This document shows, piece by piece, positions 11,500 through 22,980 of a stretch of DNA of 64,000 nt. The stretch comes from Squalus acanthias (lineage: Eukaryota): assembly GCA_030390025.1 (NCBI GenBank), contig CM059432.1:141548001-141612000 (forward strand), read 5' to 3'. Below the pieces are notes generated by a model, which worked only from the letters and a program-made list of their open reading frames with translations, ran no database searches and had not been told where the DNA came from. Position 1 is the stretch's first letter. Each line of letters begins with the position of its first letter. A program made the position numbers and the translations under genes.

Positions 11500-14225
11500 T
11501 ACAGTGGCAGAGTCATTAGGGCACAGAAGGAGGCCAGTCAGCCCATTGAGTCTATGCCGGCTCTCTGTCAAGCAATCCAGTCAGTCCCATTCCCCCGCTC
11601 TATCCCCATAGCCCTGCAAGTTTATTTCCCTCAAGTGCCTATTCAATTTCCTTTTGAAATCATGGAGTGTCTCTGCTTCCACCACCCTCGTCGGCAGCGA
11701 GTTCCAGGTCAGTACCACTCACTGCGTAAAAAAGTTCTTCCTCACATCCCCCCTGTATCTCCTGCCCAAAACCTTAAATCTGTGTCCTCCTAGTCCTTGT
11801 ACCATCAGGGAACAGCCTTTGTCTGTCTACCTTTTCCAAACCAATCATAATCTTGTACACCTGTGTCAAACTCTCCCCTCAACCTCCTTTACTCCAAGGA
11901 GAACAACCCCAGTTTCTCCAACCTAACCTTGTAGCTAAAATCCCTCATCCCTGGAATCATTCTGGTAAATCTCCTCTGCACCCTCTCAAGGACCTTCACA
12001 TCCTTCCTAAAGTGTGGTGACTAGAACTGGACGCAATACTCCAGTTGTGGCCTAATCAGCGTTTTATAAAGGTTCAGCATAACTTCTCTACTTTTGTACT
12101 CAATACCTCTATTTATGAAGCCCAAGATCCCATGTGCTTTGCTAACTACTCTCTCAATATGTCCTGCCACCTTCAAAGATCTATGCACATTCACCGCACG
12201 AACTGCAGCGGTTCAAGGTGGCTCACCACCACCTTCGATGGGCAATAAATGTTGGTGTTGCCAGCGACGCCCACATCCCATGAACGAATAGAAAAAAAAC
12301 ATGAACCCCCAGATCCCTCTGTCCCTGCACTCTTTAGAACTGTGCTATTAAGTCTATATTGCGTCTCTATCCCTTCTGCCAAAATGCATCACTTCACACT
12401 TCTCTATTAAATTCCATCTGCCACTTGTCTGCCCATTCTGCTAGCCTATGTCCTGCTGCAGTCGATTGGTATCCTCCTCACTGTTTGCCACACCTCCAAG
12501 TTTGGTATCATCGGCAAATTTTGAAATTTTACTGTATTCCAATATCCAAGTCATTTATATACATCAAAAAAAGCAGTGGTTCTAGCACTGACCCTTGGGG
12601 AACACCACTGTCTACCATCCTCCAGTCTGAAAAACAACCATTTACCACAACTTGCTGTTTTCTGTTCTTAAGCCAATTTCTTAACCAAGCTGCCACTAAC
12701 CCTCCTATTCCATGAGCCTCAATTTTGTTAACCAGCCTTTTGTGGTACTTTGTCAAAAGCTTTCTTAAAATCCATAGACAACATCCACTGCATTCCCTTC
12801 ATCAACCTTCACTGTTACTTCATCAAAAAAATTAATTAGAATTGTCAAACACTCTCCAAGTGCCTGTTAATTTTTTCCGATTTTTTTCTAAAACCTTACC
12901 CACCACTGATGTTAAACTGACCAGCCTGTAGTTACTAGGATTGTTCTTACACCCTTTCTTGAACAAGGGTGTCACATTTGCCACTTTCCAATCCTCTGGC
13001 ACCTCCCCCGCATCTAGGGAAGATTATGGCAAGCTCTTCCGCTATCTCCACCCCTTCTTCCCTTAGCAACCTGGGATGCAAGCCATCTGGACCAGGCGAC
13101 TTATCCACTAAGCATACCCAGCCTTTCCAGTACATCCTGCGTATCAATTTTCACCCCATCCATTACCTCTACCATCTCCGCTTCTACCAATATTGTCAGC
13201 ATCCTCTTAGTAAACACCAATACAAAGTACTCAGTATTCTAGCCTTGCCCTGCACCACCTTTGTCTCCAATAGGTCCAACCCTGCCTCTTACTACCCACT
13301 TGCATGCCAGATGATTTTTGGGTTCCCATTTATGTTAACTGCCATTCTATTCTCTTATGCTCTGCCAGTCTTACTTTCCTCTTCATTTCCCCTCAACTTA
13401 TTGTATTTGGCCTGGTTCTCACTTGAAGAATTCACGTGACATTCATCATACAGCCTCTTTTTGTTTCATCATATTCTCTTATCTCCCTTGTCATCCAAGG
13501 AGCCCTGGCTTTGGTTCCCCTACTTTTCCCTCTTGTTGGAATGTACCTAGCCTGTACCTGAAACATCTCTTCCTTAAAGATCATCCATTGCTCTGTTACA
13601 GTTTTTCCTGTCAATCTTTGGTTCCATTTTACCCTGGCTAGAGCCCCTCTCATCCCATTGAAGTTAGCCCTCTTCCAATTTAGAAGTTCTACTTTAGATT
13701 GTTCCTTGCTCTTCTCCATTATTAATCTAAACCTTATGATGCGATGATCACTCTTACCCAAGTGTTCTCCCAGACACTTGGTCCACCTCATTACCCAGCA
13801 CCAGATCCAGCAATGCCTCCTTCCTAGTTTGGCCAAGAACATACTGGTCAAGGAAGTTCTCCTGAACACATTTCAGAAATTCCACCCCCTCCTTTCCCTT
13901 TACTCTAACATTATCCCAATCGATATTTGGGTAATTAAAGTCCACCAATATCACCACTCTAGAGTTCTTGCACATCTGTGATTTCCCTGCAGATTTGCTC
14001 CTCTCACTATTTGGAGGCCTATAGAATACCCCCAATAACATGATCATACCGTTTTTGCTCAAGGACATCCTCTTTCCAACACTACAATGTCTTCCCTAAT
14101 CAGTACTGTCACCTCACCTCCCTTTTATCCTTCCCTATCTTTTCTGAACACCTTGTACCCATGAATATTAAGCACCCACTCCTCACCATTTTTAAGCCAC
14201 GTTTCCGTTATTGCCACTACATCTT
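11500..14225 (-). mobile_element. Decayed CR1 LINE with a short second-family LINE tail nested at about 12193-12300
   Basis: ORF fragments [28 protein letters not shown]. Confidence 0.85.
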
Positions 14226-14456
14226 TGTACACATATGTAATGCTTTTATAGGTTAGCTGTATTAGTACCAATATTCAATGCTGTTGATGTGGATAATATA
14301 AAGCAGCAATTGCATAATCTACTGTAATTTAGCCTATACCTCCACAAGTTCTCCAGTCTTTAAAACAATAGCACAGCAAAACAAAGAAAATAATCAGGCA
14401 ATGATATACAATTATTTACAATAGAAAGTCTGCGATCTAACTCATCAGGTGAAAAC

Positions 14457-14755
14457 AGGCTGGATCTTGCTGGAGTGGGGCATCTCAGTGTGCCGTTAAG
14501 ATTTTTTGCTGCACCCTTTAAGCTCAGTGGCTTTGCAATGTAACTTGCTCAAGGTGCTAGCTGAAGACGGCGTGGCAAGGGCAATGGGGCACCTGGGACC
14601 TCTGAACAGCGAAGTAAACAGCAGAGCGGTGGCATACATCGGCCAGCAAATTCTGAAGATTCGCAACTCACTGTATGTCATAACCCCCTGGCCTTTTTGC
14701 ACATTAACAGTGTGCGTCATTAACATGCTGTTATTTTTAAAGCAAGATTCGGCCC
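14457..14755. mobile_element. MITE-like element (about 300 bp)
   Basis: Imperfect TIR AGGCTGGATCTTGCT / AGCAAGATTCGGCCC. Confidence 0.45.
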
Positions 14756-14995
14756 AATGAGTCATAATCTGACACTAAACTGTTCATTTATAACCAAGTT
14801 TTTCTGGTAATCTTTTCTCAATACACAAGCTAGTCTACCTTATCTTTTCCTTTGAAACTGTTTACTGCCACCTCAGTTTAACAAACTGAACAGTCCACTT
14901 AAATTTTCCTTCACTTGTATGAAACGGTAGGGAATCGAGATCAAAGAGAGAACTGCTATAGCTGGGACAGGCTCAGTGGGCCAAATGGCCAAAAA

Positions 14996-15947
14996 CAGGT
15001 ATTCTCAACCGGGGGCCCGCGAGAAGTTTGAGGGGTCTGCCAGATTGGTTGGAAGACCCACCCTGTCCCCCAGCCCCTCTTCCTATTGGTCTGGAGCTCA
15101 CCAATTACCTGGGCAGTATGAGCGCAGCATGCAGTACTGGCTGGTGGATACGCAGCAGGTAAGAGGTCTTGAGGGAGCGGGTTTATAAACCCCAGGAGGA
15201 CCGGTTCCCAGGTTCACTCTGGCCAGAAAAGAGAGTGTAAGCACCAAACTCTGGGAGCAACAGCAAGTGCTGGGAGCGCCTGTAAATGATGGAGAAATAG
15301 TGACTGGTCAGGACCAGCTCCCCATACCTTCGAGTGCCTCTCCTAACCTTGGTAACCCCAACATCCTAACTGTAATCCCGATCCCTAACCCTGACCTGTA
15401 ACCATAAAATCTTAACAAAACACTAATGTTATCCCTAACCCCTAACTGTAACACCCTAACCACAGTCCCAACCTCTATCACTAATCCCTCGGGTTGATAC
15501 GTTTATAATTGTACACGTTTTTAAATCCCTCCATGACCTCACCTCTAGCCTCCTCCATCCCTACAACCCTCCGAGATCTCTGCACTCCTCCAATTCTGGC
15601 CTCAATTAGGGCATCCCCACTTCCATCCTTCCATCATTGGCAGCTGTGCCTTCTGTTGCCTGGGCCCTAAGCTTTGGAATTCCCTCCCTAAACTTCTCCG
15701 CCTCTTTTCTCCTTTAAGATGCTCATTAAAACCTACCTCTTTGACCAAGCTTTTGGTCATCTGCCCCAATAACTCCTTATGTGACTGTCAAATTTTGTTT
15801 GAATACGCTCCTGTGAAGCACCGTGGGGCATTTTACTACGTTAAATACAGGTTGTGGTGTTACAGGGGGCCCGTGGAATTTGTATAACATGGTGGGGGGG
15901 GGGGAAAAAGAGGGGGACCTCAGCAGCACAAAGGTTGAAAACCCCTG
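14996..15947. mobile_element. hAT/Charlie-like non-autonomous element with internal CCCTAA-like repeats and a nested L2 tail
   Basis: TIR CAGGTATTCTCAACC / GGTTGAAAACCCCTG; no clean 8-bp TSD. Confidence 0.6.
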
Positions 15948-16234
15948 CTATGAAACACCATGGGCACTCTGTCCTGTAAAAAGGACATTTGTACTACACT
16001 AAATTTTGCACACCATTACAGCAATGTTAAAAATGCAATTCCATACCATGATTGCTCTCAGCACTCAATTATAAAGAGAAAACACTGAAAATTGCTGTGC
16101 AGTAAAATTTGGGTTTTACAGCCTATATAACAGGCAACACTTCCAACTTCGCATGCTACCTTACTTTGGGTAATCAATTCAAAAAATATTGTATACAATC
16201 AAGCCACAGACTAGTTTAAAATTTTGGTATAAAG

Positions 16235-16240
16235 TTTATT
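16235..16240 (-). terminator. RPL14: RPL14 polyadenylation signal AATAAA
   Basis: TTTATT on plus strand, 22 nt past the stop codon. Confidence 0.85.
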
Positions 16241-16262
16241 CTTTTGTTTAAACTGTGGGCAT

Positions 16263-16325
16263 TTATGCTTTCTTGCTGGCTTCCTTCTTCAGTTTTGACA
16301 ACTCGTGCTTGATGATTTTGTTTCT
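16263..16325 (-). CDS. RPL14: 60S ribosomal protein L14, exon 6
   Basis: RNKIIKHELSKLKKEASKKA*; AG acceptor. Confidence 0.93.
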   Translation of the reverse strand, partial: RNKIIKHELSKLKKEASKKA

Positions 16326-17184
16326 CTGGAGGAGAAAAACAAAATAATGCAGTTACCGCAATCCAACCAAATTCATTAACCATTACACACTCACTTTGTC
16401 AGGGCCACATGTTGCTGTTCAGGCAGATGGGAGCTGCCTGACAGCATCTGGTATTGACTCTAATTTCTTTGGCATACATATCCCCCCTTTATGACTATGG
16501 TGCAAGTCAGAAAGGGTCTACTAAGTATGCACAACTTTATAAAAACTTTAGTTGAATTTGATTTACATTTTACTTCGCACAAGCCAGTAAATGCCATTTT
16601 AGAAAAGTAGGCTTCTGAACAAACACTGGATTCCCTCAGTTTGACAATTACGAGTCAAGTCATTACTTCTCTTGCATGAAGTTAAAATGCTCTATTGCCT
16701 TATTTACCAGACATTAGTTTAATGAAACCCAGTGATTTGTCCGAGTAAACCAAGTCCCTTCAGTTGTAGCTAATAACTTGAACCTGGATTTCACCATTTT
16801 CAAATGCTTTTGACTCATAATTGAATAGTAACAGATAGCTTAGAAAAAGCCTTCTATTTAAATAAAGCAGTCAAAAAAGAACCTTCTACCACATACCCAC
16901 CCACTTAACCCAGCCAGCAAAACACTCGTCACTAAACAAGTATGCTGCAAAATAAGCCAAATGAATAGAACAGATTTCAAAAGCTAAAAACACAGGGCTC
17001 CATGAGTTTATCCGGTGAGTGGCTAAGGCCTAGATGTAGATCTCAGCCAGTAGAGGCAGTTAGCCTCAAGGCCCTGGGTTAGCAAGGGGTGAGTAAGATG
17101 CCAGGGCTTCAATTTTGACCACTCCTAAAAGTACACATAGGAATGCTGTGATGGATTAGCTGCAATGAAGATCCCATCAATTGG

Positions 17185-17221
<37 letters not shown>

Positions 17222-17291
17222 TTAAAAAAAAACACACTCCAGTGAAACACCAGAGAACAATATAAAGTTACTCTCGTGAAAGCAAACTTAC

Positions 17292-17345
17292 CATTTTTTT
17301 GGCCTTCATGACCTTGTAGCGGTCAAAGTCCGTCATTTTGGCCCT
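17292..17345 (-). CDS. RPL14: RPL14 exon 5
   Basis: RAKMTDFDRYKVMKAKKM; AG/GT. Confidence 0.95.
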
Positions 17346-17563
17346 CTGAGAGAGACAAAGAGGTAGATTATATTCGGCGCTTTATTTGGGAAGAAATTTT
17401 AATTCAACGAGACATTGGCAGACACAAGGATATAAATCTGCAGCTTTTTAATCACAATCTGTAGTTAATTTAAACAGCAGGACTGGACATTAACTGCTCA
17501 ACACAAACACTTCAACTTGGCGTTTCCCCCACCCGAGGAAAAACCTTTTGATAAAACACCCAC

Positions 17564-17663
17564 CTTATCACGGGCATCAATTTTCTTTGCCCAGTGAGTT
17601 GCTTCCCATTTCTCACCGATTTTCTCCTTTTCCCAAGCAGCTTTCACAGACTTGTGGCGGACA
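17564..17663 (-). CDS. RPL14: RPL14 exon 4
   Basis: VRHKSVKAAWEKEKIGEKWEATHWAKKIDARDK; AG/GT; 100 bp. Confidence 0.95.
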
Positions 17664-18774
17664 CTAGGAGAAAATTTAAAAATGTACTTCCTTTTTAGCA
17701 GTCATCCAGTTACACATGGTCCGTATTTTTGCTCAGTGAATAGGCTTCAAACTCCTAACCCAAAATTTTTACTTTTTTTGATCATGCATTTTTTTTTAAT
17801 TATATGTTATTTTTCATACTCTCCTTTAAAAGCAAACAAGCTCATAATAGAGTAATTCCTGTGATGGGATACAAGCCAGACAACAATAACGGTTTGAAAC
17901 AGTAAGAATCCAAAGTAAACAGAGCACTGGCATTCCTTACCTGGGAAAATGTCTTAAGTTCTACCTATTTCAAAAGTAAAACTCCTTGTTGAGTGGGGGT
18001 TGCCCAACCAAAGCCAGAATTCTTAGACAACAGATGAAAATTAATGCGGGCAGCACAAGGGAATACATGTTGGGAGGACAAACAAGGAATTAAGGTATAC
18101 TCAATCGACAGGTGCTATGGGGGGGTCTGGATAAAGAGAGAAACCTAGGGTTTCAAATGCACAATACCCTGAAAGTGCAAGTCCAGGTAAAGCCATATAT
18201 CTAGGCCAGTAACATTTGTTAGTTTATGAATAGACTACAAGAGTAAATAAGTTGTTCATGGCAACAGTTAGGCCATAATTAATGACTTGAGCAGTTTTGG
18301 GCACTCCATTATACAAAAGATATTAAAGCGAGTATACAGCATACATGCTGGGGAAACTAGTTATTACATAGAATGTACAGCACAGAAGCAGGCCATTCGA
18401 CCCAAATGTCTATGCTCCACATGAGCCTCCTTCCACTCCTCTTCATCTAATCCCATCACCAGAACCTTCAATTTGATTCTCCCTCGTGTGTTTATCTAGC
18501 TTCCTCTTAAATGCACCTATGCTATTCACCTCAACTACTCCGTGTGGTAGCGAGTTCCACATTCTAACCACTCTCTGGCTAATGCAGTTCCAAAACCTCA
18601 AAAGTTCATTACTCATGAATTCCCTATTGGATTTATTATTTTCTTTTTCAGGGTAACCTGAAGGTTATTACAATGCATGCATACACAAAAGACTTGAAAT
18701 CTAGATCAACAGCCATAACATCCTGGTGGCAAGGCTGATATTTGTCAGAAGATTACATCACTGCAAAGAACCAA

Positions 18775-19078
18775 CACGGTGGCAGAGTGGTTAGCACTGT
18801 TGCCTCACAGCGCCAGGGACCGGGGTTCGAATCCGGCCTCGGGTGACTGTGTGTGGAGTTTGCACATTCGCCCCGTGTCTGCGTGGGTTTCCTCCGGGTG
18901 CTCCGGTTTCCTCCCACAGTCCAAAGATGTGCGGGTTAGGTTGATCTGGCTATGATAAATTGACCCTTAGTGTTAGGGGGATTAAATACGTGGGGTTACG
19001 GGGATAGGGTGGGATATGTGTCGGTGCAGGCTCGATGGGCCGAAATGGCCTCTATCTGCACTGTGGCGATTCTGTGAT
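18775..19078 (+). mobile_element. V-SINE (HE1-like) tRNA-derived SINE
   Basis: A/B boxes TGGCAGAGTGG / GGTTCGAATCC; V-domain GTGTGGAGTTTGCAC...GGGTTTCCTCCGGGTGCTCCGGTTTCCTCCCACA. Confidence 0.85.
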
Positions 19079-19089
19079 ACCCTTTCAAC

Positions 19090-19685
19090 AATAAGAACTA
19101 GGAGCATTAGTAGGTCATTTGGCCCTTTGAGTCTGCTCCGCCATTCAATAAGATCATGGTTGATGATCTACTTCAACTCCACTTTCCTGCACTATTCCCA
19201 TATCCCTTGATTCCCTTAATATCCAAAAATCTATCGATCTCTGTCTTGAATATACTCAACGACTGAGCCTCAACAGCCCTTTGGGGTAGAGAATTCCAAA
19301 GATTCACCACCCTCAGTGAAGAAATTTCTCCTCATCTCAGTCCTAAATGGCCAACCTCTGGTTCTAGACTCCCCAGCCAGGGGAAACATCCTCCCTGCAT
19401 CTACCCTGTCAAGCCCTGTAAGAATTTTGCATGTTTCAATGAGATCACCTCTCATTCTTCTAAACTCTAGAGAATATAGGCCTAGTCTACTCAACCTCTC
19501 ATAGGACAATCCCCCCCATCCCAGGAATCCGTCTGATGAACCTTCGTTGCACTCCCCCCTATGGCAAGTATATCCTTCCTTAGGAAAGGAGACCAAAACT
19601 GTACACAATACGCCAGGTGTGGTCTCACCAAGACCCTATATAATTGCAGTAAGACGTCTTTTCTTATACTCAAATCCTTTTGCAA
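19090..19685 (-). mobile_element. CR1 LINE 3' fragment
   Basis: Near-identical to part of 5783-6400. Confidence 0.9.
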
Positions 19686-20064
19686 TGCTGTGCTATAAAT
19701 GAATGGCGGCTAGCAGTTGTGCAAGACCAGCTTAATGATTTGCCCTTCGAAGCGGGGAAACCACTTGTTCAAACCCATATTCTGCCACACTGTAATGCAA
19801 GTCACTGCATGGACCAACAAAGTAACTGAGCCGACTTCAACTGATTTGTTTTCAGCCCATCTGGAAGCTAAACTGATCTTCAAAATCATTGGTTTTTTTT
19901 TAAATTGGTGAATTGGACTTTCACTGAGAAATTAGGTTTGAATTTAGTCCAAAGTTTTAGGAGAGACTTGCGATTCTAAGTGCACAATATTGAGTTCAGC
20001 TTCTTATTAAACCTATAATACAAAAAGGAGCATTTCATTTTAGCTGAAGAAATCTAGATCTCAC

Positions 20065-20159
20065 CTGTGTGGTATTTGAATCTTGAAGTCAGTGAGCTGC
20101 ATACATTTAAATGGCATAGCCTGCCTCCTTACTCCACTGCAAGGGCCATCTACCAATGC
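20065..20159 (-). CDS. RPL14: RPL14 exon 3
   Basis: [35 protein letters not shown]; 95 bp. Confidence 0.95.
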
Positions 20160-21227
20160 CTAGGAAAGAGGTTCAAAGAGGAGTGCCCTGAATTAATGCA
20201 GTTCCAAAACCTCTCAAAAGTTCATGTTCAAAGTTTGCAAATAACAATCTTACAAAGTAAAGACCTGCAAAAGTATGAAGTCTACACAGCTAAAGGACCA
20301 ATTCACCCAAATCTTTGCAAGGGTTAGCTAGCTTCAGCAACTTAATATTTCTAGGTGATCCTCATGCACAGAAAGCTATTACAAAGCATTTTATTAGGAG
20401 TGGAGAACATGCAGGAGGGAGAACGGGTGGAGACAAAATAGATGTAGTCAACGACCAAGCCGAAGAGGAACATCAAGGATTCTTCTACCTCAGTGGCAAG
20501 TGGTGGGTGTAGGGAAGCGCTCTAGAGAAGGACCAGTGGCTGAAATAACACCCAATGATGGTAGAGCAGAGAATAGCCATCTGATGGAGGGAGGGTAGCT
20601 CCAGGATCAAAACAGAGGCCATGGAAGGATTTGAAAGCAATGAGCAAGTCAATTCACTAGGACACAGACAACATGGCAGACACAGGAATGCGCAGACTTT
20701 GAAGGCTACAAAGATGCCTTTTTTAAAAAAAAATTGATTTAGACAAACTAACTTCTAGAGGGAAAGGTTTAATTCTCAGCTCAAAGGATAAAGGAGAACA
20801 GCATTTTACTTGGTTTTTAAAAGCACTTTTCAGGCAAATCTTCTTCTGAAGGTCTTGACTTGTTGAAGGTGTACAAGGACACAAAACTTTTTCTTGGGAG
20901 ATAGAGTCAAAATCACAATCGGGTGAGCCCAGGCCACTATAGAGAGGTCATGAAAGCCGCTGGCCACAAACTTGACCAGCTGCCCCACATACTGAGTGGC
21001 TAAACCCAAAAATAAAGTAGACAACCTCTGTACTGGGAGTGACAGCCGAGATTTTTGACTCTGGACTGGGACTTGAACCCACAAACACTGACTGAGAGGC
21101 GAGTATCAGCTGCAGAGACCGAGGGCTGGAGTTTACACTATGAAACACCAAGGGGCCAAGTGTGGGAGTACTTCAGTTATCCAGCATCCGCAGTATTTTG
21201 CTATTGTATCAGTGTGGGAGCACTTAC

Positions 21228-21329
21228 CCGGTTCTGGTCAATAACATCGACAATGGCCACCAGCTTGCCGGCGTGCGGGCCAAAGGCAATATAGGCCACG
21301 CGGCCAATCTCCACGTATCGCTTGTAGAC
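21228..21329 (-). CDS. RPL14: RPL14 exon 2
   Basis: [38 protein letters not shown]; 102 bp. Confidence 0.96.
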
Positions 21330-21783
21330 CTGAAAATAGAAGAAATGCAGAATGAAGAGCGAGTCGGGCCCGCACTCGGGGCATCAGAGGGAGCCGGGGC
21401 CTTGCTCCCCTGGACCGGGGCCTCGATCTTAGCCACCCGGCTCAATATCTCCCCCCACCCACCCCTACCTACCCCCAGGCCGCACATCACTCCCCCGGGC
21501 CACTGACAGACGGTAAGGAGCGGATCCTCAGCCTCCCCCTACCCGGGGTCCAGGGCCGACAGCCACACGCGGCCCACTCTCAGCAGCCAGGTGGCGAGAG
21601 TAGGCCCCAAGCCCGCCGGTGGAGCGGCCGGTTTAAATTTTACTGATTGTTAAAACATGGCCTCAGCCCCCCCTCCCCCCGGGGAAGGTGAGGCGGCTCC
21701 AGGGTGTGACGGGCCCCGGGACCGGCCGGCCCGCGCGCCTCGGCCGTGATTTTCACCGCCGGCCCCGCGCGCCGCACACTCAC

Positions 21784-21786
21784 CAT
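21784..21786 (-). CDS. RPL14: RPL14 exon 1 coding part (ATG only)
   Basis: GCCGCC-ATG-GTGAGT; spliced CDS totals 417 nt (138 aa plus stop). Confidence 0.92.
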
Positions 21787-21799
21787 GGCGGCTGTCCGC

Positions 21800-21970
21800 G
21801 AGCAGAAAGAAAGAGGGCGGGCTTCCGGTTCCGCTCTTAGACACACCCGGCGCGAGGGAGGGGGGGGAGAGCGCATGCGCCGGGACTCGCTGGCCAGCGC
21901 ACCACGCATGCGCTATATCCTTTCCCTCTTCCCCCCCCCCACCAAACCAGCATTGCACTGCGCATGCCCG
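21800..21970 (-). promoter_or_regulatory. RPL14: RPL14 CpG-island promoter with 5'TOP tract, ETS/GABP and NRF1 motifs
   Basis: CTCTTTCTTTCT (minus, about 21804-21815); CCGGAAG about 21822-21828; GCGCATGCGC 21871-21880 plus two variants. Confidence 0.85.
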
Positions 21971-22045
21971 ATGTCTGGGCATGCACATGCTGTGGGTGTC
22001 ATTGGCGATTGTTGCCAGGTGGCTAGAAGAGATGGGTGAGGTTCT

Positions 22046-22938
22046 TCATTGGGGAGACCAAACGCACATTGGGCGACCGCTTTGCGGAACACCTCCGTTC
22101 AGTCCGTAAGGGGGACCCCGCGCTCCCGGTCGCCTGTCACTTTAATTCTCCGCTCCACTCCCACTCTGACCTCACCGTCCTCGGCCTATTACACTGTTCC
22201 ACGGAGGGGGTTGTTCGGCCCGATTGCCTGCCTCTCTTCCGCGGCCATGTTCGCACCCGGGTGGCCCTGGAGATGGAGCACGCGGTGTCCGCCGGCACGC
22301 TTGAGTTTTTCCGCGACCGGTGGGCGCCGCGGGGACTGGAGTGCATCGTCACCCCGGACTTCCAAATTTTAATTTAATTTGTTAAGTTTTATTTAAATTT
22401 TCACTGATTTACAGTGATTTGATTGGTACCTATCAAAAGAGTACACTGTTCCACGGAAGCGCAGCGTAAGCTCGAGGAACAGCACCTCATCTTTCGTTTA
22501 GGCACGCTACAGCCCTCTGGACTCAATATCGAGTTCAACAATTTTAGATCATAACCTCAGCCCCAATCACATTTATATTTTATTTTTTCATTCACCCTTT
22601 TGTTTGCCCCCCCCCCCCCTTTTTCTTCCCTCCTAGAAGCTGGCAGCTGTCCTTCATTCTGCCAGTGCATTTCACACTTCTTTTAGCCTCAACCTGTCAC
22701 ATTAACACCACCTCTTGCCTTGATCATCTCTTAATGTCTCTTAATGTCTCTTAATCTCTCCTTTTGTTCTTTTTTCCCCTCCCCCTTTTCCCAGCTTTAT
22801 CCTTGCCTTAAATCTATTTCATTTCCTGCTATTTCCAGTTCTGACGAAAGGTCTTTGACCTGAAACGTTAACTCTGTTTCTCTCTCCACGGATGCTGCCT
22901 CACCTGCTGAGTTTTTCCAGCGTTTTCTGTTGTTATTT
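22046..22938 (+). mobile_element. Penelope-like element 3' part, split by a LINE fragment; hammerhead motif at 22836-22875
   Basis: IGETKR.LGDRFAEHLRSV GIY-YIG segment; near-identical to 25180-25905. Confidence 0.85.
22206..22441 (+). mobile_element. 5'-truncated Tx1/L1-like LINE end with 16-bp TSD
   Basis: TACACTGTTCCACGGA at 22190-22205 and 22442-22457; ORF end ...LEFFRDRWAP...; related piece at about 27452-27545 (minus). Confidence 0.6.
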
Positions 22939-22980
22939 GAGGTTCTTAAGATGAGTGTACGGGACAGCTTGCTGGGTTTT

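Noticed and set aside
18775..18850. tRNA gene
   Set aside because: A/B boxes run directly into a V-SINE body; the same applies to SINE heads near 1760, 35845 and 51200
16326..21783. Intronic snoRNAs in RPL14
   Set aside because: No convincing C/D or H/ACA structure seen by eye; an Infernal/snoscan search would be needed to exclude them
21640..22039. Overlapping GC-rich ORFs
   Set aside because: Stop-poor CpG island around RPL14 exon 1
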